The notes below the pieces were generated by a model. It was given only the letters and a program-made list of their open reading frames with translations, searched no databases and was not told the DNA's origin. A program made the position numbers and the translations under genes. From NCBI GenBank assembly GCA_963662585.1, contig OY759729.1, positions 2,240,001 to 2,304,000 on the forward strand: 64,000 nucleotides of DNA, in the 5' to 3' direction. The DNA is from Candidatus Cloacimonadales bacterium. GTDB lineage: Bacteria > Cloacimonadota > Cloacimonadia > Cloacimonadales > JAFGVF01. Position 1 is the stretch's first letter. Every line of letters starts with the position of its first letter. Positions 1-9,100 of the stretch are shown here, one piece after another.

Positions 1-653
1 CTGATAAGGGTTATGGTTTTGGTAGAGAGATAAAAAAATGTAATGAAGATGGTATTAAAACATATGTAACTATGCAAGATTCAGAGAAAATGAAAGGTAC
101 TCCATTCGCAACCTCTAAGTTTAAATATGATAAAATTAATGATTGTGTTATTTGTCCTAACAATAGAACATTAATCGCTAGTAGAAAGAGAAATGCTGAT
201 AGAGGTCATGAATATGGTAGTCGCAAAACATGCAAAGGTTGTCCAGATTTAAAAGCTTGTACTAATGACAATAAGCAACAATATAGAACATTTACATTGA
301 ATCCTTATTATGAATATGTGGAGAAACAACTTGAAATTAATAAGGTAAGTAAGAATATACTAAGTCAACGAAAATGTATTGTTGAGCATCCTTTTGGAAC
401 AATAAAAAGGGATATGAATCAGGGTAGATTTTTAACGAAAGGCTTAGAATCTGTTCGTGGTGAGTTTATGTTTACTGCACTGGCATATAATATTAAAAGA
501 GTATTTAACATTCTCGGATTTAATAAAATGATGGACTCCATAAATGCCTTTTTTAGGAGAGGTTCGTCCAAAGCTGTCTATTTTGTCAAAAACATAGTAC
601 TTTTGCTAAGAATAGCAATAAATATTGCCTTTTCGAGTGCTAAATTAGCCTGA
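1..653 (+). CDS. IS1182-family DDE transposase, C-terminal part (5' truncated by window)
   Basis: Frame is open from position 3 (DKGY..., the ADKGY-type motif) into ORF 72..653. Has CP..CKGCP..C Zn-like motif and R.CIVEHPFGTIK / GEF..TALAYNIKR, typical of the IS1182 C-terminus. Confidence 0.85.
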   Translation, partial: DKGYGFGREIKKCNEDGIKTYVTMQDSEKMKGTPFATSKFKYDKINDCVICPNNRTLIASRKRNADRGHEYGSRKTCKGCPDLKACTNDNKQQYRTFTLNPYYEYVEKQLEINKVSKNILSQRKCIVEHPFGTIKRDMNQGRFLTKGLESVRGEFMFTALAYNIKRVFNILGFNKMMDSINAFFRRGSSKAVYFVKNIVLLLRIAINIAFSSAKLA

Positions 654-729
654 TACTCGAAATGAACAAAAAATCCAGATTTAAGTTTATCAAAACTCCC
701 TTAAATCAAAAAGTGATTTCACACAGTCT
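1..729 (+). mobile_element. IS1182-family insertion sequence, right part; right end about TTTCACACAGTCT (717-729)
   Basis: Transposase followed by a terminus resembling IS1182 inverted-repeat ends (recalled pattern). Sequence switches abruptly to a REP half at 730. Confidence 0.65.
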
Positions 730-850
730 GGGATTCCAGCCCGCACCACCATTCACGAAGGTGAGTGGTGGTAGTTGAAAAGTTGTTGTCGGAAGTCGCT
801 ACTCCGTGAGCAACTCCCATCCCCCTCCGCGAGGGGGACACAGGGGGTGC
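730..850. repeat. REP-like palindromes: half REP GGGATTCCAGCCCGC (730-744), hairpin 745-772, CCCCCTC-N-GAGGGGG unit (~819-850)
   Basis: 730-744 is identical to 4438-4452 and 13011-13025. 819-850 is an inverted copy of the 58-bp unit at 5268-5558. Confidence 0.8.
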
Positions 851-1024
851 TTTCTCTCTTCTTAATTCCTCCTCCCTAATAAACATCAGCTTGAAAATTC
901 GAAAATAAAACGCTTTGAGTGAGAAGGAGCAAGGGAAGACCAGTCAAAATAACCTAGAAATCAGCAGATTATCAGCAAATTGTAGAAAAAATTAAAAAAA
1001 AAATTTAAAAAAAGAAAAAAAGAT

Positions 1025-1053
1025 TTGACAATCTTTATCTATATTCATAGTAT
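1025..1053 (+). promoter_or_regulatory. Sigma70-type promoter with upstream A-tract (UP-like)
   Basis: TTGACA 1025-1030, 17 nt spacer, TAGTAT 1048-1053; long A-tracts at ~985-1021; predicted start near 1060. Confidence 0.7.
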
Positions 1054-1108
1054 GACATTGTAGTGGTGTGGTGACCAAAACAAAAAAAGAACTTATGGAG
1101 GTTCGTAT

Positions 1109-1762
1109 ATGAAAAAGTTGCTTGTCTTAGCGCTTTTGATTGCGTCCGTAACTTTTATATTCGCTGTAGAATCAGAATTCAGCGATGTCGTCGGATATGT
1201 GAAATATGAATTAACTGCTGGTGATTATAATATGATCGCTTTGCCAATGGGAGATACTGGGATTACTACAACAGCCCAATTAGCAGCTGCTATCAGTCCT
1301 GATGTAACTGATATTTCAGTGTGGGATAATGAAACTCATGGTTGGAATCAATTTTCAACAGATACTCCTGGTGGATCATTTAATATTGCACCTGGAGATG
1401 CTTTTCTTATTTATTTGGCTGGAACAAGTAATGTTGATTTCTATTGTGCTGGAAATCTTCCAACTCAAGCTAATTATGACTTAGTTGCTAATGATTATCA
1501 TACTATGATGTTACCTCTTAATAGAAGTGATATAACTACAACTGCTCAATTTGCAGCAGCTATTGGAGATGGAATTACTGATATCTCTGTATGGAATAAT
1601 GAAACACATGGCTGGAGACAATTTTCAACAGATACTCCTGGTGGATCATTTAATATTAATATCGGTGATGGATTCTTAATCTTTTCAACTGATGTCTATA
1701 CTGGTTGGAATGCTCCAGCTAGCAGATCTATAACTACTAAGCGTGCATCTGCGCGTAAATAA
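1109..1762 (+). CDS. Secreted protein with two tandem ~90 aa repeats and a basic C-terminal tail, function unknown
   Basis: GGAGG RBS; signal peptide MKKLLVLALL...; the unit ITTTAQxAAAI...TDISVW.NETHGW.QFSTDTPGGSFNI occurs twice. Confidence 0.85.
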   Translation: MKKLLVLALLIASVTFIFAVESEFSDVVGYVKYELTAGDYNMIALPMGDTGITTTAQLAAAISPDVTDISVWDNETHGWNQFSTDTPGGSFNIAPGDAFLIYLAGTSNVDFYCAGNLPTQANYDLVANDYHTMMLPLNRSDITTTAQFAAAIGDGITDISVWNNETHGWRQFSTDTPGGSFNINIGDGFLIFSTDVYTGWNAPASRSITTKRASARK

Positions 1763-1777
1763 TATCGGGGAGAAAAA

Positions 1778-4219
1778 ATGAAAAAATTATTAATTGTATC
1801 TTTATTCTTACTAAGCATGATTGGGCTTATGGCTCAAGGTTCACCTCATACTGCTAAATTTAATTTACAAACTGCAGCTGGTGGATATCATGCATCTGAT
1901 GCTATTGGATTTAAAGCTTGTACTAAAATGCCGGACGTTTTTGGTGGAGCTGAACAATGGACTGCTACTACATCTATGTACTGGAACTGGCCTGGAGTAG
2001 CAAATGATGCTGGTCTTAATTCAGCCCCTACACAGTATTATGATGTATCTGATCCTGATACTCCTGGTAGAATTGTAATCCAAATGTCTCCATTTACAAC
2101 TTGGGGAGCTGACTTCACTGGTGCTGGTGCTATTGTTACTGCTAACTTCTATTTTGTTGATGGTGAAGGAAATGAAACTGGCCCTTATAATTTAGCAAAA
2201 AGTGATGTTGCAAGTACTACCTACCCAGATGTAATCGCATGGGGCGGACCTGCTGGTCCCGTAGCTCCAGATTGGTGTACAGCAGTAAATCCATTAGCAG
2301 GAGCTACTGATGTAGCTACTTCTGTTGACTTCGAATGGGCAAATGAAGATGATACTGTTTTATATGATTTCTATTATCGTATAGTTGGTGCTCTTAATTG
2401 GACAAATCCTGTTAGTGATTGGAATGAAACTTCAGTTAATGTTCCTAATTTAGTTTATTCAACTGTTTACGAATGGAAAGTTGAACCATTCTTATGGGCA
2501 GAATTACCAGGTGGAGATAAAGTATATCCTGAAGGTGAAGTACCTGTATGGTCATTCACAACAATGGGTGCTCCTGTAGTTAACCCTAATTGGGCTGTAA
2601 ATGCTACTCCTGTTAACGAAGCAACCGATGTAGCTCTTATGCCTACATTAACTTGGACTTATGATGGTCCTGCTGTTGATGGTTATGAAGTATATTTAGA
2701 TGGTTTCTATCAAGATGATGTTGTCGGTACTCTTGAGTATACTATTGATGAACCTCTTGATTATAACACTGTTTACACATGGGGTGTAAAACCTTATATC
2801 TTAGAAGCTGATAAAGGTCTTAAAGGAATGAAAGCAGGTAGAGATGAACCTGGAAAATTATATCCTACAGAAGGTACAATGCCTACTACTACTTTCACAA
2901 CTATGGCAGAACCTGTAGTTTACCCAACATGGGCAACTTATGCAACTCCAGAAAACGAAGCTGATTCTGTAGCTATCGATGCAAGTTTAACTTGGGCTTA
3001 TGATGGTCCTGCTGTTGATGGTTATGAAGTTTGGGTTAATGGATTTGAACAAGGTGATGTAACCGAAATGGAATTTGTCTTCCCTGAAGATTTAAACTAT
3101 AATACTGAATACACTTGGGGTGTTGTTCCATTTATCTTAGTAGGTCCTGCACCTGATAAAAAAGTTTCTAAAGGCCGTCCTGCTGCAGTAAAAAGATATC
3201 CTGAAGGTCATAATTATGGCGATGCTATAACAACATGGTCATTTACTACTGAAAACTATGAAGATGAAAGTGACGAGATTCTTGGTGGAATACCAGTTAC
3301 TGTCCAACTTACTGTAGTTTTTGATAATCCTACTTCAAGTGATGTAGTTATTAATGGACCTGTATCAATTCCTACTATTGATGATGTATTAAATGCTTTA
3401 CCTGGTAATCATGGTGGATTCTTATTAGGTGCTAGAATATCTCAAAGTGTAGCTGGAACTTTTACCTACACATTTATAGTTCCTGGTGGAGATTATACTG
3501 GTGTTGTATATCTTGATGGTGTACAGTATTTTGCTGGTACTTGGGTTGGTGGTATAGTAACTGTAGTTATCACATTTGATGGTTCTAGAGATGATCATGA
3601 AGTTGTTATTACAGAACCTACCCTTCCTGTAGAACTTTCATCATTCACAGCTGCAGCTCATGCAAGTGAATATGTTACTTTAAAATGGGTAACAGAATCA
3701 GAAAGTAACTTACACGGTTATAATGTGTACAGATCTGAAACAGAAAATCAAGATCAAGCTATCAGAATTAACCCAAGTGTTCTTGCTGCTAATAACACAA
3801 CACAAACTTCAACTTACACTTATACAGACAGTGAAGTTGAATCTACAACATATTACTACTGGTTAGAAGTTTCTGAATTAAGTAACGAAAACACTTTCCA
3901 TGGTCCTATCGTTGTAACAGTTGAAGACGATGCTGTAGTTCCTGGTGTTACAGAAACTACTTTCCGTAACTTCGGTCCTTCACCTTTCACAGATGCAACT
4001 TCTACTACTCTTAGAGTTAAAGAAGGCGAAACTGCTTCTATTACTATCTATAACCTTTTAGGTCAAGTTGTAAGAAGAGAATCATTTAACGCTGGTGAAC
4101 ATAACTTCACTTTCAATGGCAGAGACCTTAACAACAAAAAAGTTGCTAATGGTATCTACTTTGTTAAAATGACATCTCCTACAGCTTCTAAAAGCTTCAA
4201 AATTGTAAAAATCAAATAA
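1778..4219 (+). CDS. Secreted FN3-like repeat protein with LPVELSSF module and T9SS/FlgD-Ig type C-terminal sorting domain
   Basis: Signal peptide; three WSFTT/TFTT-ending repeats; TLPVELSSFTA motif; CTD pattern IYNLLGQVV...GRD...VANGIYFVKM...KIVKIK. Confidence 0.85.
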   Translation: MKKLLIVSLFLLSMIGLMAQGSPHTAKFNLQTAAGGYHASDAIGFKACTKMPDVFGGAEQWTATTSMYWNWPGVANDAGLNSAPTQYYDVSDPDTPGRIVIQMSPFTTWGADFTGAGAIVTANFYFVDGEGNETGPYNLAKSDVASTTYPDVIAWGGPAGPVAPDWCTAVNPLAGATDVATSVDFEWANEDDTVLYDFYYRIVGALNWTNPVSDWNETSVNVPNLVYSTVYEWKVEPFLWAELPGGDKVYPEGEVPVWSFTTMGAPVVNPNWAVNATPVNEATDVALMPTLTWTYDGPAVDGYEVYLDGFYQDDVVGTLEYTIDEPLDYNTVYTWGVKPYILEADKGLKGMKAGRDEPGKLYPTEGTMPTTTFTTMAEPVVYPTWATYATPENEADSVAIDASLTWAYDGPAVDGYEVWVNGFEQGDVTEMEFVFPEDLNYNTEYTWGVVPFILVGPAPDKKVSKGRPAAVKRYPEGHNYGDAITTWSFTTENYEDESDEILGGIPVTVQLTVVFDNPTSSDVVINGPVSIPTIDDVLNALPGNHGGFLLGARISQSVAGTFTYTFIVPGGDYTGVVYLDGVQYFAGTWVGGIVTVVITFDGSRDDHEVVITEPTLPVELSSFTAAAHASEYVTLKWVTESESNLHGYNVYRSETENQDQAIRINPSVLAANNTTQTSTYTYTDSEVESTTYYYWLEVSELSNENTFHGPIVVTVEDDAVVPGVTETTFRNFGPSPFTDATSTTLRVKEGETASITIYNLLGQVVRRESFNAGEHNFTFNGRDLNNKKVANGIYFVKMTSPTASKSFKIVKIK

Positions 4220-4226
4220 TTAAACA

Positions 4227-4572
4227 CTGGGAGCGCCGGCATCCTGCCGGCATCTTCCTAAGTGGGAATGTGGAATTCCTCTAAATCCCCTTCGGTGAGG
4301 GGGACACAGGGAGTGTTCTCTTCTCATAATAAATTAAAAGCCCTGCGAAAGCGGGGCTTTTTGTATATCCCCCTCTGTGAGGGGGAATTAAAGGGGGTGT
4401 TCACTGGGAGCGCCGGCATCTTCCTAACTGGGAATGCGGGATTCCAGCCCGCAATAACTGGGAGCGCTGGCATCCTGCCGGCATCTTCCTAACTGGAATC
4501 CCGCGTTCCCAGATAAAAGAGAACACCCCCTGTGTCCCCCTCGCGGAGGGGGATTTAAGAGGGTTCCCAGTT
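4227..4572. repeat. REP cluster upstream of RAYT (CTGGGAGCGCCGGCATCCTGCCGGC and CTGGGAATGCGGGATTCCAGCCCGC types, plus CCCCCTC/GAGGGGG units)
   Basis: Copies at 4227-4251, 4404-4420 (partial), 4428-4452, 4458-4482, inverted 4493-4512; 58-bp-type units at ~4279-4321 (inverted), ~4368-4402 (inverted), ~4509-4571. Confidence 0.9.
4336..4362 (+). terminator. Rho-independent terminator of the 1109-4219 operon
   Basis: AAAAGCCCTGC-GAAA-GCGGGGCTTTTT hairpin with U-tract. Confidence 0.8.
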
Positions 4573-4666
4573 AGGAAGAGGTCTCAACTAATAAAAAGTT
4601 GACAGAATTCTATTCTATACATATCTTTATTCTCAAGAAAGGTAAAACATTACTGAGGAGGTTAAG

Positions 4667-5227
4667 GTGTGTTTTTTATTTGAAGAAGAATTAAAGGGTT
4701 ATTATAAAAGAAGTGGCATTCCCCACTATGATAATGATATAGTCTATCAATTTATAACATTTAGATTACATGATTCAATCCCGCAAAAGGTAATCGAATA
4801 CAAAAAAAATGAATTAGCTACCATGAAAGATTCACTAGATAAAGATAGTGAAGAATATGAAAGACAACAGCAATTTCTCCATCGTTATGAAGATAAGGGC
4901 TATGGTCAATGCTATCTTAAAAACCCAAAAGTGTATGAAATTGTCGAAAATGCACTTAAGTTTTTTGATAAAGTAAGATATGACTTAATCGAAATGATAA
5001 TTATGCCAAACCATGTGCATATTATGATTAGACCTTACGAAGGTCAACATCTCCACAATATAATTCAAAGCTGGAAATCTTTTACTGCAAAGAAAGCAAA
5101 TCTCATCCTAAATCGTAGAGGAGAATTTTGGATGAAAGATTATTTTGATCGCTATATAAGAAATGAAGAGCATTTTATCAAAGTGATTAATTATATTAGG
5201 AATAATGATAAGAAAAGAGAAAGATAA
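4667..5227 (+). CDS. REP-associated tyrosine transposase (RAYT, Y1 HUH / IS200-like)
   Basis: PHY...FITFRLHDS, MPNHVH (HUH motif), SWKSFTA, FW.KDYFDRYIRNE, YI.NN catalytic Tyr; flanked on both sides by REPs; GAGGAGG RBS before GTG; TTGACA-17-TATCTT at 4599-4627. Confidence 0.9.
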   Translation: MCFLFEEELKGYYKRSGIPHYDNDIVYQFITFRLHDSIPQKVIEYKKNELATMKDSLDKDSEEYERQQQFLHRYEDKGYGQCYLKNPKVYEIVENALKFFDKVRYDLIEMIIMPNHVHIMIRPYEGQHLHNIIQSWKSFTAKKANLILNRRGEFWMKDYFDRYIRNEEHFIKVINYIRNNDKKRER

Positions 5228-5267
5228 CTGGGAGCGCTGGCATCTTCCTAACTGGGAAGGCGGGATT

Positions 5268-5563
5268 CCAGTTAAAAGAGAACACCCCCTGTGTCCCCCT
5301 CACGGAGGGGGATTTAAGAGGGTTCCCAGTTAAAAGAGAACACCCCCTGTGCCCCCCTCACGGAGGGGGATTTAAGATGCTTCCCAGTTAAAAGAGAACA
5401 CCCCCTGTGTCCCCCTCGCAAAGGGGGATATAAGATGCTTCCCAGTTAAAAGAGAACACCCCCTGTGTCCCCCTCACGGAGGGGGGATATAAGATGCTTC
5501 CCAGTTAAAAGAGAACACCCCCTGTGTCCCCCTCACGGAGGGGGATTTAAGATGCTTCCCAGT
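5268..5563. repeat. Tandem array of five 58-59 bp hairpin units downstream of RAYT
   Basis: Unit CCAGTTAAAAGAGAACACCCCCTGTGTCCCCCTCACGGAGGGGGATTTAAGATGCTTC starts at 5268, 5326, 5384, 5442, 5501; preceded by REP fragments 5228-5270. Confidence 0.95.
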
Positions 5564-5683
5564 ACTACTCCCAGTTAGGAAACTTGCAACCCATATCTTC
5601 CAATTTGCATCTCACAATTATATTATAACATTTCATCTAACTGGGGCAAAAATGAGAAAAAAATAAAAAAATAAAAAAAGATA

Positions 5684-5713
5684 TTGACAGATAAATTCAG
5701 AAAGTTATAAAAT
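5684..5713 (+). promoter_or_regulatory. Sigma70-type promoter with upstream A-tract
   Basis: TTGACA 5684-5689; TATAAA 5706-5711 or TAAAAT 5708-5713; A-tracts 5647-5679. Confidence 0.7.
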
Positions 5714-5734
5714 GCACTTAGAATTAATGAGAAA

Positions 5735-6070
5735 TAGATCTTTACTTTGGTCGCTGTTGGCTATATCAAATAGAAATGCCACCACACTACTATAATAAGA
5801 GTAGTCAGCAACGGGATAAAGCTTAAAGATTGTAGGGCTATGGTGTATTGTTCAGGATTTGTTTAAAGAGGAATTACGCCACCACTGTAATTCTCTTACT
5901 AAAATAAACAAATTTAATGAACCACCAGAGCAAGTAAAAAATTAAATTAGTAACAGCACATTGAAGAGTAGAAAATATCTTATAAAGCAATGTCTGGTAC
6001 GCTTTTGATTACATCACCACAGTAATCATGAGCGTCCGGGATTGTTGAAAATTTTCCACACTTTCAATTA
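5735..6070 (+). ncRNA. Candidate structured leader RNA with repeated CACCAC loop motifs
   Basis: Nested stems 5738-5831; hairpins 5857-5913 (loop GCCACCACT) and 5993-6040 (loop ATCACCACA); several G-U-compatible pairs; lies between the promoter and the ATG at 6123. Confidence 0.55.
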
Positions 6071-6122
6071 TATGTTACACCCAAAAACAAATAACACTAA
6101 AATGTTATGGGAGAAAAAAATT

Positions 6123-9100
6123 ATGAAAAAAACTATATTAGCGATTATGCTGATTATACTAAGTTTAAGCTATGTCTTTGCAGATAGCGTTGTATTTAGC
6201 GACTCTCAATCTGGATATGATTATACTCCAACTGTTGCTACAATAACAACTGCAGATATCCCTGGTGGATCAACAATTACAGATGTTTTAATAACAACTT
6301 CTTTTGGTTCTGAAGGCTATATTGGTAGCTGGTATGACATTCATCTAAACATTAATGGTACAGACTACCAAAATGTTGGATTTTTGTCAGCTCAAAGTTA
6401 TATAGATCTAAATGGTTTAGGTCCAAATGGTTTAACTGTTACTGCAACTACTGAAGATTTAGATGAATATGGTGATAGCGGTACTTTAGCACTAAGTGTT
6501 GAAGTAGTTTATGATCCACCAGCTGGACTTCCTGATGCTCCTACTTTAGTTGCCCCAACTGCAGGTGCAGTGGATATGGCTCTTAATGTAGATTTAGAAT
6601 GGACAACTGGTGCCAATACAGATCATGCAGTTCTTTATATTGCAGATAATGCAAGCTTCACAGATGCTGATATAATTAATCCAGCAACTTCACCTTACAC
6701 TACTGATTTAGCTAATGGAACAACCTACTATTGGAAAGTTGTAGCTGTTAGTACTACTTCTGTAGAAATGGCGAGTGCTGTAAGAAGCTTCACTACTGTA
6801 TTAGGTCCAGGTAATTATATTTGGCAACTAGTAGATTCTTATGGTGATGGCTGGAATGGTGCAGCTATGGATGTTTTAGTTGAAGATATTGTAGTATTAA
6901 ATGATATTACATTTGCTTCTGGCTCTTATGCTGAGTTTGTACTCAGTGCAGAAATGGGTCAAACTATCACTTCTGATTTCCATACTAATGGTTCATATCC
7001 AAGCGAATGTTCATTTAAATTATATGATTATGAAGGAAATTTATTAGCTAGTGGAAATTCTTCTACTCCAATTAGTTACTTTGTACCATATCCTGGAACT
7101 CCTGATGCTCCAACATTAGAATCACCAGTTGATGGTGCTACTGATGTAACAATCGTAAGTGATTTAGAGTGGTCAATAGGTGAAAACACAGATGCTGTTA
7201 TTCTCTATCTTGCAAATAATGAAGAATTTACTTCTGCTACAGAAGTTCCTCTCACAGGTGCAGATACTCTTTATACCACTACTACTTTAGCTTATAATAC
7301 AACTTACTATTGGAAAGTGAAAGCACTTAATACTGTTGATGAATATGAAACATCTTCAGATGTGTGGTCATTTACAACTGAAATAGATCCAAATACACCT
7401 GATGCTCCAACATTGGTTTCACCAGAAAATAATGCTATAAATGTTGCTATTGATGGTAGTATTGAATGGACAGAAGGTAACATGACTGATCATTCTGTAT
7501 TATATATTGCTGATAATGCTGAATTTACCGATGCTACAATAGTTAATCCAGCAACTTCACCATACACTAGCTCTTTGGATTTATTAACAACTTACTATTG
7601 GAAAGTTGTTGCTGTAGGTCCAACTGCTATCGAAGTGGAATCTTCAGTTAGATCATTCAGAACTGAATACGGTGTTGCCACTGTTCCTTATGCTGAAAAC
7701 TTTGATGCTTATGCCTCAGGTGTTCAAGCTGACGGTTGGATTACTTTGAATACAACAGGTAACAGTTCTGCTCTTTCAGCTGTTTCTTCAAGTTATGCTG
7801 TATCTGCTCCTAGAAGTTATTATCTAACTAATAATAGTGCAAGTACTGGAAGTTTGATCGCATCAACTCCTCGCATGGAAAATGCAGGTAACAGAGTTAG
7901 ATTCTCTGCAAGAGGTGGAAGTGCCGGTTATATATTATATGTTGGTACAATGACTGATGCAACTGATGATGCTACTTTTACCCGTATTGATAGTCTATAC
8001 TTAACTAATACACATACTCAATATATTGTTGAACTACCTGCCGATCGTGAAGTAAATTATATTTCTTTCAAACATGGCTTAGGTGGTACTTATAGAAGTA
8101 TTTATTTAGATAATGTAGTTGTTGAAGAGATACCTACTGCAGCAGTTATTGAATTCTCTCCTGAATCAATTGATTGCGGTTTGTATATAGTTGGAGATAC
8201 TACAGCTGTAGCTCAAACATTTACTGTAACAAATGTTGGTGCTGTAGCAGCAGAAATTACTGAAATTACTGCTGGTAATGCAAGTTATTTTGAAGTTATT
8301 AACGAAAATACACTTCCTTATATACTTGAACCTCAAGCATCAATGACTGTTGATGTTAAGGCATTAACTGCTTTTGTTGGTACTCATGATTCTTATGTTA
8401 GATTGAAAGAGAAAATAGATCTTTTCTCATTTACTAATCATGATATCGATGTCACAAGTGTGATTCTTAGCACTCAAGGTGATGATCATAATGACCCATT
8501 TATTCTTAATGTGGCTCCTCAAATTGTTGTTAATCATACTACAACACCTTATAACACAACTTTTGACTTCTGTACAGGATCATCAGTTGTTTATAAACTT
8601 CCTTTATCACAATCAAAGATAATGGATATCTCACTTGATGGAACAGCATGGGATACTAAACTTTGGGTATTTAATTCATTTGATCAAATAGATACTGCAA
8701 CTCAAAGTACAGATGCTTGGTACTACAATGATGATGAAGGTAGTGCTAGTACAGGTGGAAGAGGATTTGTGGAAGAAGAAAAATCAAGAGATAGAGCTCT
8801 TTGGTCAAAAATGAATCCTTCATTTGCTCTTGCCGGTGACTATTATATTGTTGTCTCAGGTTATTTGACAAATAATGGTGCTTTCACTATGACAATTAAT
8901 ACTGAAGCTATTCCTGCTCCTGTAGCTGCTACAGTACCTTATCCTGCTGATGATGCAGTTGATTTACCTACAAACTTTAGCCTTACCTGGAATAATGCAG
9001 ATTATACAGAAACTGTAGATATCTATTTTGGACCAGCTGGTTCAATGGTAATGGTTGAAAATGATATAGACGCTGTTGAAGAATATCTTTTAAGTAATTT

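Noticed and set aside
4262..4492. 76 aa ORF, and the similar 85 aa ORF at 12945-13202
   Set aside because: Both are read through REPs and terminators (TGSAGI.A.. is REP translation).
5268..5563. Possible CRISPR array
   Set aside because: Units repeat head to tail with no unique spacers, no cas genes are present, and the array sits beside a RAYT.
6042..6122. N-terminal extensions given by the ORF track (also 13295, 23758, 32715, 50542, 59575)
   Set aside because: Downstream starts have better RBS and/or give proper signal peptides or family N-termini.
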